Under the pieces are notes generated by a model, which was given only the letters and a program-made list of their open reading frames with translations, did no database searches and had not been told where the DNA came from. A stretch of DNA of 64,000 bases, taken from assembly GCA_044439905.1 (NCBI GenBank), contig JBITAC010000048.1, positions 334 through 64,333 on the forward strand. The letters run 5' to 3'. Source of the DNA: Phycisphaerales bacterium JB063 (GTDB taxonomy: Bacteria; Planctomycetota; Phycisphaerae; Phycisphaerales; Phycisphaeraceae). Positions 57,101 to 64,000 of this stretch are shown here, piece after piece; the first letter of the stretch is position 1, and each line of letters begins with the position of its first letter. The translations under genes were made by a program, and so were the position numbers.

Positions 57101-59278
57101 GTGGGTGCAAGACAACATGACCGCGACCTCCCGGTCTTCAGTCGCCCTCCACACCACGCGGGCGATGTACCCCTCACGCCGGTCCGCCTCACGGTACGGC
57201 TTCGCGACCCGCCAGCGGGCGTGCCCCACGGCCAGCTCATTCTCCTCCAGATCAACAACACGGACCTCGGGCGTGAAGTGCGTGTTGCGACAGGTGATGG
57301 TGTAGGTCGAGCCGGCACGGGCCTGAAAGCGGTAGCCGCCCAGGTGCTCGGTCATGCCGCCAACCGCGCCCGGCCGCGTCGCGGCAAAGCGGCCGTCGTG
57401 CCGGATCGAGGTAGCGGGGTTCGACGGACCCCAGCTCAGGTCGAACCGGTCGGACTGCTCGACGACATGCCGGACCTGCACAAACCGCGCGGGCCCGTCA
57501 GGCTCATAGGGCCCGCGCCGGGCGAGGCGCGGGTGTTCTTCCAGCCGGATCATGCCGTAGGTGCCGCGCTCGGTGCAGTAGCCGAAGACGCGGGTGCGGT
57601 ACACCTGCTCGCCGGGCAGGCCCAGCGACGTAGCGATGGTTTCATCCTCAATGAGTTGGCCGAGGTTGCTTGGGTGATTGCCCGAGGTCGCCGCGTCCAC
57701 GATCGCGACCAGCGCTTCGGGGCCGAGCGTATGCCAGTCTGACTCGGTCAGCACCACGGCGTAAACGGCCTGACCATCAAAGAAGCTCATTGGGTTATCG
57801 GGCGAGAGTGTCCAGAGGTCCTGGCTCGGCCTGTCGAGGTCTAGTGTCCCATCCTCGCGTGGGGGTGCCATCGACCAGAACAGCCCCGCCGGCTCGTCGG
57901 CTTGGGCCTCTATGTCTTCCGCAACGCCTTCTTCAACGTCGCCCGAAGCGGCTGGCCCCGGCCCCGCCGACCGGCACGCCAGCACCGCCATCACCGCGCC
58001 GACCAGCACCAGCGCGGCGCAGCAGGCCATCCCCTTGCGCGTCAGCTTGACGGGCGTAGCCTCCGCCTCGCCGAAGAGCCGCAGGACCCGGCGGCGCAGC
58101 GCCGTCGCCGACGACACCGCGGTCGCGGGCACAGCGGCGCGGCGCGGGGACATCGACGCTTCCTCATCGCTGAGCAAAAACATTACCAGCGCGCTGGCGT
58201 AGTCCGCCGGCCGTGCTCCGCTGGCCAAGACCATGTCGTCGCATGCGTTCTCACGCTCGGCGCTCATCCGTCGGCTGACCACCCACGCCATCGGGTGGAA
58301 GAACAGCAGCGTCTCGACGACACGCTGGAACAGCAGCAGCCAGGGGTCGTAGCGCTTGAGGTGCGCCAGTTCGTGGGCGATCACCGCTTCGAGCTGCGCG
58401 GGGGTGAGCTGCGTCACCGCCGCCGCCGGGAGGAGAATCATCGGCCGGAACAGGCCGACCAGGAGCGGCCCGGTCGCAGAGAAATGCTCGGGCAGCAGGC
58501 CGACCCCCGGAAGGCGCTTCAGTGAAACACCCAAGCGCTCGGCCTGCTGCTCAAACACCGCCCAGACCAGGCCCTTGCGGTCCACCGGCACCGCCGACCG
58601 CCTCAGCCGCCGACCGCCCCGGAGGGCGGCCAGCAGCCGGAGGAGGAACACGACAAGCCCCGCGGCATACACCCCAACGACCCAAGGCGACAGTCGTTGC
58701 CAGAGCGTCGGGGGAGGCGCATCCAAAGACGAAGCGGCCACGACCACCCCGGCGTCAACGGCGTCTTGCTCGGGTGGATTCAACTCACCCGCTTGAAGAT
58801 CGAATGTCGGCGGCGGCCAATCCGCTAAGTTATCGGAGCCGCTGTCGAGCAGGTCCGTCGGCTGCGCAGGCGACCCCCCGCCCTCCCATTCGGCGTGCCC
58901 CGATGGTGGGAAGACCCAAGGTTGCGGGTCTGTTTCGTCTGCGACTACCGGGCCAGGCGCTTCAGCCAATGCCACCCGTGCATCACTCGGCGATTCCTGC
59001 TCTTGGGTTTGCTGTACCGGCCGGCCCAGCTCAGCCGCCTCGGCCTGCGCGACCGGCAACGGCGCGGGCAGCAGCAACAGGTTCGCTGGCAAACATGCCA
59101 GCATCAATACGAGTGCCGCCAGGTGCACGAGGTACCGTACGTTCGCCGACCGCTCGCACAGCAGCCACGCCACGCCCAGCCCGACCGACCCGATCACCAG
59201 CCCCTGCACCACGAACCACGCCAGCGCCTGTGTCAGTGTCGGCCCCACCGAGTCGATCGCCTGCAAAAGACCGCTCAT
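51194..59278 (-). CDS. Giant BlaR1/MecR1-type M56 metallopeptidase sensor (2694 aa) with a mosaic extracytoplasmic C-terminus
   Basis: N-terminal TMs; GPLLVGLFRPMILLP, AHELAHLKRYD (HExxH), ERENACDD; a TM segment and then PPC-like, SLBB-like, ankyrin-like and HEAT-like segments. Start overlaps the BlaI stop. Confidence 0.9.
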   Translation of the reverse strand: MSGLLQAIDSVGPTLTQALAWFVVQGLVIGSVGLGVAWLLCERSANVRYLVHLAALVLMLACLPANLLLLPAPLPVAQAEAAELGRPVQQTQEQESPSDARVALAEAPGPVVADETDPQPWVFPPSGHAEWEGGGSPAQPTDLLDSGSDNLADWPPPTFDLQAGELNPPEQDAVDAGVVVAASSLDAPPPTLWQRLSPWVVGVYAAGLVVFLLRLLAALRGGRRLRRSAVPVDRKGLVWAVFEQQAERLGVSLKRLPGVGLLPEHFSATGPLLVGLFRPMILLPAAAVTQLTPAQLEAVIAHELAHLKRYDPWLLLFQRVVETLLFFHPMAWVVSRRMSAERENACDDMVLASGARPADYASALVMFLLSDEEASMSPRRAAVPATAVSSATALRRRVLRLFGEAEATPVKLTRKGMACCAALVLVGAVMAVLACRSAGPGPAASGDVEEGVAEDIEAQADEPAGLFWSMAPPREDGTLDLDRPSQDLWTLSPDNPMSFFDGQAVYAVVLTESDWHTLGPEALVAIVDAATSGNHPSNLGQLIEDETIATSLGLPGEQVYRTRVFGYCTERGTYGMIRLEEHPRLARRGPYEPDGPARFVQVRHVVEQSDRFDLSWGPSNPATSIRHDGRFAATRPGAVGGMTEHLGGYRFQARAGSTYTITCRNTHFTPEVRVVDLEENELAVGHARWRVAKPYREADRREGYIARVVWRATEDREVAVMLSCTHPAEREAPPDALRYELDIHANSEVIITEMRGAEGLPTELGVVELSGSAAMHGNTPPRFGVYHVRSRNALMPTLKSLLVGAGFDLNQLPYHRIDLVRGGALGEGVNGDEPERLTDLQVLYGAELGRGVAGDWQIALRPGDKVVVRPRELFEREEQDNLDRAALGWGLPVDGLMCRWKRGEVVIHPGQETVPLTVQVRNVSGQSIVWQAYWQLGRLSREAVHQALIEAIGAGDPGSARQGTSYSTVHGYGPNDNGIRYTYLRGGRMADEHEAEHGPRTSGSDHSLPPGGRVRYRPGVHFLPPGAVVEMTIDYPIERLTNVGGGHLGIPRELFAEVPRYNPRTSVIRSPEEGSMTGPPLAVRVLPGAADEQSGLGPLIERAMSRSQLLDLDTGDYVDPAGVEGAGMAGFWLIGPQGRPDGRVNLFDNPLSSTYGLSGRHVELVSLEGLAFDEVTAEDVAACWDDQGFAAAGREARGGLGVLTTRNGPHAFRTLAGKRGVVELIRDEDADGYGWVVRLRHLPGRQPFTQPGDPVEGVSLHLHGVRYHTARRVEQPDGTTRPAITFNLRARHDGAVPYLYPENPLIYQLEVDGRWYIYAPPVEGAGADDEASRASIYSPIDPMSQPRPYALPLSRTLGDHWYALAEDQLDKEATAPWNSGGEAVLYGPALLGDPLTLTPGEHTVRIAIGFAPDHARGIHRAVRMVSNPMQIRVPGEEREPGPEPEQVAPEDAQGAVPESPEPEQTAEFDREAWHRLVSALAQDEVTLEQAARRAVRIAASGLDPDTRDDRGFRPLPELLSPNHWWYRDTTPQERLFLARLLIEHGADPDLPGLVQNLPPLHLAADNLEPEMVRLLGELGADPNRVSLDAGEWGAPLHRVAYDIRARYRHNKTEEHLAELETQATPTIEALLAIGADPWHRADSREMDGPYSPIDLCPPGRAQDLLLDVIAQEHARLQAEVVTMVSEMLQAVLDEDADTLAHYLHANPERGHFMAHGESPAAGVIRHFRENDYLLGVDVIDPEEQFEYVYTRPDIASVLLRNEVFNGYALLVMFHDGERWGLAWTGSIPGNLNVREGMQMRTLASVAGALDHRNRPWLDAQRYKNLQKIPPLRGGGMRLNGRIEVEEMQVTASRDGGSPSIVLLRDGEAVAGIRLLGGPGDHVLVDIPGRGMTHVRQAAAHDWVITRSRIQLRGSPQSIVWDDEGELFMMAAGGDGGEPRWARQITINLRTNGSSVFDFPPRADEPPQVDREAEAEGSDLQVPPAADPSGPVGVVYTWIDHVVAGRDEEARRLTLDEVDWAIPAHFAGPREPANAEAFRQGIVPARGRVTLDLAYVIDNQAVVLSGSSGAAFYLLWKEGAWRLMSITFCNPQELLRTVNAMRGNPDVQVPTIHPAYRAHDVVAERAIWLMAPGHGAHRNLSQYLGDERLFPTDAMIVFEVQEAVREEHREDMLNRVREAGYQRLYEYVDPSRIDPLDDPGPSPFPIPEGEPVAYEAAMDALYNGEDRREAARRFRLTIGWFEERIKRRHDLAAPYRAAEAEALRMADMLEAMAEEDDAWEEPEDLDALAQDELIDYYIYHLRDVVGQPVMTPGKVNVMSGAVVGVDPETNAPAHALRNLGKPVVPALIALLDDDRPIRCISTGLNGSHVLRYRDAAEQILSAIAGQRFMPHVSRGVYFSNAPVDVQLQVVRDIERWWQASRNESEAQWLRASIEQHGIGHRTVGDDRGRRLIELEGVGCVGFFRERMAAEPSYGHVVALFWQAANSEGPPEPGIVEEVRAQLGSEHPAARLAACRALLEHGDAADVPAVIAQLRSDIEMIAGLEDWPRRGADDDFHPDTFVWMLCHAGVPESFEPACTLLEHRDPRIVNEAIYDLSRAHPPTIAPEHDPDAETPLEDAQTERLTAAFLYAMGDRADSESGPLHPGTRLMAARWVILRHDLPIELPADWNHATDEEKLAVVEQVLQWADGRPSENP

Positions 59279-59715
59279 CGTTTGCCGCCTTTCTTGCGCT
59301 TCGTCCCACCGCCGGCCGCGGGGCCAGGCTTCTGGCTGAGTCGCTCGATCATCACTTCGAGTTCCCGCCGCTCTTTCGCGGTGATCTTGCGGTCCTCGAT
59401 AAGGTGGAGCATGAGCGTGCTGGCCGAGCCATCAAACACCCGCTCAACCACATCGCGCAGGATGCCCTTGGACACCGCGCCTTCTTCGACCTCCGGCGTA
59501 TAGACGAACGCCCGCCCGTCGCGCTCGCGCGAGAGGTAGCCCTTTTCGACCATCGTGTTCATCGTGGTGATCGCCGAGGTCACTGCGATGTCGTGGTCTG
59601 CCTCCTGGGCCAGCAGGTCGCGGACGTGGCTGGCCGTCATCGGCCCGTCCCGCCACAGCAGTTTGAGGATCGTCAGTTCCAGCTCGGTCGGGTAACGCGA
59701 AGGCGGGCGCGACAT
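59275..59715 (-). CDS. BlaI/MecI/CopY-family repressor
   Basis: PTELELTILKLLW...TSAITTMNTMVEKGYLSRERDGRAFVY...VVERVFDGSASTLMLHL. Confidence 0.95.
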   Translation of the reverse strand: MSRPPSRYPTELELTILKLLWRDGPMTASHVRDLLAQEADHDIAVTSAITTMNTMVEKGYLSRERDGRAFVYTPEVEEGAVSKGILRDVVERVFDGSASTLMLHLIEDRKITAKERRELEVMIERLSQKPGPAAGGGTKRKKGGKR

Positions 59716-59789
59716 GGCATGCTCCGGCGGTTGTGCGGGGCAGGGATCGGCCGCCGGGGAGAGACAGGAGAACGCCCGGCGGCCCTTGA

Positions 59790-59825
59790 TTCGACTAAAC
59801 TAGAATCCGGGCCCGGCGGTGTCAA
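59790..59825 (-). promoter_or_regulatory. Sigma70 promoter of blaI with an overlapping operator-like dyad
   Basis: TTGACA (59825-59820), 17-nt spacer, TAGTTT (59802-59797). The imperfect dyad TTCGAC-TAAA-CTAGAA (59790-59805) covers the -10. Confidence 0.65.
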
Positions 59826-59893
59826 GCGTTATTTCGAGTTTGACCGAAACAATCGATAACGGCTTCCGGGCCTACCGCTGCCGCGACGGTGCC

Positions 59894-61978
59894 TCAGTGA
59901 AGGTGTAACTCAACAATAAGCAGGTAGTCGCCGTACTGCTCATAGTCAAACAGAATGAAGTCGCGCGGGCTTCTAGTGTTATGAAGGTCGGCCTGCCACT
60001 TGGGTGCTGCGTACTGCCAGGGCACCCACCCCTCGATGAGTCGTTCGAGGCGGTCGTGTCGGTCGTTGCCTAGCAGGACGCCGGCGGTCATCGCGGCGGT
60101 GGCACGGGCGCGGGTGGCCTGCTCGGTATCCTCGGCTTCCAGCAACTCTGCCAATAACGGTAAGAGCTGCGTCGATCCACGCCATCGCAGGCCCCACGCG
60201 ATCGCACGGCTGACGTATGGGTCTTCGCCCCAAGCATGCAGCAAGACCAATTCCGCGGGGTCGTCCGCACGAGCCGGGGGCTTTGCGGGGCCGCCCTCGG
60301 TCTCCACACGCTCGGCCTCGGGCGGGGGGAGTAGACTCACCCCACGCACTGCGGCTCGACGGGAAAGACGCTGCACGATCCCCCAGTCGTCGTGGCCGAA
60401 GTCGCGATCGAGCAACTGCTGCGCGGACCAGCCGTCCTCACGCCGGCCGTTCAGGTAGCGTTGGGCGTACGGCAACAGGCGAACGTCACCGAGCATCCCC
60501 AACGCCTCGATCGCGTAGCCCGCCAGCAGGTCTTGGCCTCGTTGGGCCCCGTTGAGCGCTTCGAGTAGGTGCTCGGCATAGTCCGGGTTGCCCGATAGCC
60601 CCAGCGCCAACGCGCAAGACGCGCGGAACTCGGTGTTGTCCCGGGTATCGAGAAGTTCACGGATCAATGCCTCTTCGACCTCTTCGATCGTGTCTTCGAT
60701 CTCGCGCATCTGGCGGCGACCACGGTTGGGACGCTCGCCCTCGACCACCGAGTCGCCGTGCGTGCGGTGGTAACGCAGCCAAAGTCCAAGGCCGAGAGCC
60801 GCATGTGAACGCGAAATGTGCATCTCTTTCTGCCAACGCTCCCACCCCTCGATATTCCCTATTCCCCTCCCGCTGAGTAGACGGATCATCATCATCGCGT
60901 CTTCTGGAACACCACATTCACCAAATGTCATGGAAAATGTAGAGTATCCTCTAGAAGTGAGGTTCTCGGGAAACGGGATTTCCCCACTAATCATACGGCG
61001 TCGCTCGCGATCAGTCATGCGATATCGGAATGTGTCTAACGACATCTCACCACGTTCGGCACGTTCAGGGAGGATCGAGGGGAAATCTGCAAACCGTGTT
61101 AGAGCCCAGTGAGCCCCATGGCGTGCATGGACTCGAAAGTCAGCACCACTTCTTCTTCCCCCCGAGCGTATCTGGAACAGACGGATATCCTGTGCATGCC
61201 CTTCTGCCCGTGCCACATCGGTAAGCAACCGCACGTCCCTAGGGTCGCCGAGTTGCCCCAGGCCTTGGATCGCTTGGAGCAGGCATGACACCGTAAACCC
61301 GTGATAGATGTTCTGCCACAGGTACTCCCGCAGCCCTTGGGGGTTATGCTGAACCAGCGCCCAGATCAGCATCCGCGTCGCCTCGTCGCAGTTGCCGTTG
61401 TCCACGTCCGCAGGCAACTGGCTCACCAACCCTTCGAGGTAGTCCCCAGGCGGGTCGGTCAGCAGCCCCGACGCCGACGCCAGCCCCACCTGGCCAAAGT
61501 GGTCGCCCGGCCGCGCCAGCGACAGCAACAGCAACGCCTCGGGCGTGTCGTGCAGCCCCAACGCCAGCCAGCCCGCCGCACGTACCGGGTAGACCGCATC
61601 CCCGTCACGCAGTTCCGCCAGCCGGTCCAGCGCGTCTTGATCAGCGCTGAGCCGGCCAAGCGCCAACGCCGACTGGCTACGCACGCCCGCCTGCCCCGAC
61701 CGGCTCGACGCCAGCAGTAGCTCAATCAGCCGGTCTAACTCTCCATCCTCCAACACCCGGCCAGCACCTTCCGGGGGCGCGGGCCAACGCTCGTCTACCA
61801 GCGGACGCTCGTACCGGTGACGGTTCGTCTCCCACCAATGCATCCAAGACCGCCGGACCTGCTCGTACCCCGGCCGATCGTACGTCTCGATATTCGACGC
61901 ATCGATCTGGGCAAACGCTGGCAAAGCGGAAGAAAAAACGGCAATCAGGCCCACTGTGAAGGTAACGTACTGACGCAT
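59894..61978 (-). CDS. Exported HEAT-repeat protein
   Basis: Signal peptide; repeated VR.QSALALGRL, FRASCALALGL, YAIEALGMLG, VSRAIAWGL. Confidence 0.8.
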   Translation of the reverse strand: MRQYVTFTVGLIAVFSSALPAFAQIDASNIETYDRPGYEQVRRSWMHWWETNRHRYERPLVDERWPAPPEGAGRVLEDGELDRLIELLLASSRSGQAGVRSQSALALGRLSADQDALDRLAELRDGDAVYPVRAAGWLALGLHDTPEALLLLSLARPGDHFGQVGLASASGLLTDPPGDYLEGLVSQLPADVDNGNCDEATRMLIWALVQHNPQGLREYLWQNIYHGFTVSCLLQAIQGLGQLGDPRDVRLLTDVARAEGHAQDIRLFQIRSGGRRSGADFRVHARHGAHWALTRFADFPSILPERAERGEMSLDTFRYRMTDRERRRMISGEIPFPENLTSRGYSTFSMTFGECGVPEDAMMMIRLLSGRGIGNIEGWERWQKEMHISRSHAALGLGLWLRYHRTHGDSVVEGERPNRGRRQMREIEDTIEEVEEALIRELLDTRDNTEFRASCALALGLSGNPDYAEHLLEALNGAQRGQDLLAGYAIEALGMLGDVRLLPYAQRYLNGRREDGWSAQQLLDRDFGHDDWGIVQRLSRRAAVRGVSLLPPPEAERVETEGGPAKPPARADDPAELVLLHAWGEDPYVSRAIAWGLRWRGSTQLLPLLAELLEAEDTEQATRARATAAMTAGVLLGNDRHDRLERLIEGWVPWQYAAPKWQADLHNTRSPRDFILFDYEQYGDYLLIVELHLH

Positions 61979-62120
61979 GGCGAGGCCTCCGGAGGACACA
62001 CAGTCAAGCTCTGAGCATACCACGCACCTGCTCGAATCCGAAGCTTCAGTCTACGCCGAGGAACCGAGCCAACTCGTCATTCAGGCCGGTCGGGTCCTCG
62101 AAGTCGATGTCGGCGACGCG

Positions 62121-63275
62121 CTAGCCGGCCTCGCCGTCGTGATGCAGGGTGAAGATCAGGACGCCGACCTGTGGGACCGGGGGCTGCTGCATAACCGCCT
62201 GGGTTGATGCGACGAGCGCACGGTCATCGTTGACCCAGACCCGGTCGGGCATGACCCCGGCCAGCCCCTCCCCACCCCGCCGCGCGGGCGCCTTGCCCGG
62301 CACACTCAGCCGCGTCTGCGTCACCCGGTCCCCCGCGAGTGCGGCGTTGATATACGCCGCCACCACCTGCCGCACGGCATCCCGCGCCGCTTCGGTGCCC
62401 ACCGGCGGGGCCTCGTCGTCCTGTTTGCGTTCTGCAAAGCGGGCCTCCAACTGTGGCGTGGGCTGGAAATCAGTAACCATCCCGTCAAACCCGCCGTGAC
62501 TGGGCAGCACCTCCTACGCGCGCAGGCGGGAGACTTTCTCTGCCTCGGGCCGATCCGAAAGCAGCGCGGCCAGGGCGTTGGTAACGCGATCCCCCGAGAC
62601 ATACAACTCGCTGTGCCCGAGCGTCACCAGGATGATGTCGAGCGACAACATCGTCTCGTAGTGCCTGCGCTTCATCTCGCGCGCAGCGATGAACGCTTCG
62701 CGGCTCATGGGCGGCCGGCCTGCACGCGGACCTAGTGTCAGGTCGTAGAATAGGACCTCGCCGTTGAGCTCGACGAGAAACACATTCGGGTCATCTTCTT
62801 GCTGCCAGACCCGATCAAACACCCCGGACCTTTGCATCAGCGCCAACATGCGTGACTGGGCCTCTTCGATCGGCAGGTGGATATGCAGGTACCGCCACTT
62901 GAGCGACCACGGGTTGTCGCGCGGATCGGCCCCGGCCGGCACCGGATCAAACGGCGTCGAGCCCAAGGGCGGGTCCCCGGGGTCTTCCCCGACCCGGTAG
63001 TCATAAGGGGGCCAGGGCAGCGACGGCGATACCAGGATGTCGTTGACAAAGATGTCCCCGCCCCGCCGCCTCACGATGTAGGGGGCTTCGATATAGCGTC
63101 CGCCATCGAAGAAGAAAGAGCGGTCGATAGGGGCTGACGCCGACTCACCCAGGGCGTCTCGTGCCGCCGATGGGAGCCGGCCAGCCTCCCCCGGATTCCC
63201 CGGTTCCCCGAACGACGCCGAGTGGCAGCCGACCACCGCGGGTAGGAGCAGGAGCGGCAGCAGGAGGGGCTTCAT
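62121..63275 (-). pseudogene. Lipoprotein gene apparently split by one in-frame TAG (62514-62516)
   Basis: ORF 62514-63275 (lipobox LPAVVGC) and ORF 62121-62510 share a frame: ...LRA*EVLPSHGGFDG... Confidence 0.55.
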
Positions 63276-63424
63276 GGGCGAGGTTCCATCGGGTTCGAAC
63301 GTGTTTGAGACACCTTCCCACCGGCTTCATTCGGAAGGGCTGAGATCCCACCGAGCTGCGAACCCCCGGGCGTGGCCCGGGGGCTGCTGAATCACGGTCT
63401 GCGTAGACGCGACCAGCAGCCCGA

Positions 63425-64000
63425 TCAATCCAAAAACCGCGATTGGTCGGAATCATAGACCTGTCCGTTATCGCCGGGATCCAGGGTAAATGTCTCGACG
63501 GGGATATCTTCATTGATGACGATCGAATCCACATCGACCTCTATCTCGCGGTAGCTGTAGCGCACGCCGTCGGGGCGGAAACGTTCGCTGACCCCCGCGG
63601 TCGGGAGGTAGTACACGGCGTCCTCCGTCTCGATCCGATGGACAATCACGTCGCGCATCACCAAGGCGGGTTCGCCGTTGTCGTCGTGGAACCCCTCCGC
63701 TCGGACAGGGGTATGGCCCAGGGCCGGGTCGTACCACAGCCGAAGCGCGAGCCGGTCGGCCTCGACATAGTAAAACACGGCTTCGACCAGCGGCTTGCCG
63801 TCCGCATCCTCCACTTCTTCAACAGACGCGACACGCAGCCGACCACGGGCGATCGCGCTCTCCAAGCCAATGCGGTTGTGCTCGACTAACCAGTCCCAAA
63901 GCAGGGGCGTCGGCATCGGCCAGGTGTCCCGCTTCGCTGACCGGAACAGTATCCCGCCCTCGTTCCGTTGGCACCAGAGCCATCGGCCGTCGTAGGCCTG
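63425..64000 (-). CDS. Hypothetical protein, 3' part; runs off the window end (beta-rich, LolA-like C-terminus possible)
   Basis: The frame stays open from 63916 to 64000 (QAYDGRWLWCQRNEGG...); LWYDPALGHTPVR...INEDIPVETFTL. Confidence 0.65.
   Translation of the reverse strand, partial: QAYDGRWLWCQRNEGGILFRSAKRDTWPMPTPLLWDWLVEHNRIGLESAIARGRLRVASVEEVEDADGKPLVEAVFYYVEADRLALRLWYDPALGHTPVRAEGFHDDNGEPALVMRDVIVHRIETEDAVYYLPTAGVSERFRPDGVRYSYREIEVDVDSIVINEDIPVETFTLDPGDNGQVYDSDQSRFLD

Overview
High-GC bacterial DNA, most likely from a planctomycete of the Phycisphaerae type. This is inferred from the PEP-CTERM and prepilin/H-X9-DG genes, the ECF-FecR pair, the BlaI-M56 pair and the many REP-like palindromes. 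The left half is mostly housekeeping: pnp (partial), rpsO, a fabZ-ACP-fabZ trio, a D-amino-acid aminotransferase, CYTH, a WYL regulator, nnrD, larB, two transglutaminase-like paralogs, GT2, rsmA, mutL, a stand-alone fusA, two NfeD/ClpP-like paralogs and an ABC-F ATPase. tRNA-Glu (28401) and tRNA-Val (47412) are each followed by a decayed tyrosine-integrase remnant and an accessory block. The first block is an ECF sigma / FecR / PEP-CTERM / prepilin / two-phosphoesterase module. The second is an all-minus-strand run of exported proteins around BlaI and a 2694-aa M56 sensor. Between them lie nuoA, thyA, a four-helix-bundle cassette, folA, a MASE1 kinase / NarL-type pair and a sulfatase. The most notable observations are: (1) two similarly sized (~210 nt) candidate non-coding units flanking the two-component pair, each with an upstream GGGTA-N2-YACCC palindrome and terminator hairpins with anti-Shine-Dalgarno-like C-rich loops; (2) repeat DNA inserted in frame into rsmA, mutL, folA and larB; (3) the giant mosaic M56 sensor, a candidate BlaI operator and a three-member family of unknown exported proteins; (4) an NfeD-like pair that appears to split the Ser/Lys catalytic dyad between the two paralogs. 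All calls come from reading the sequence; no database searches or folding programs were run.
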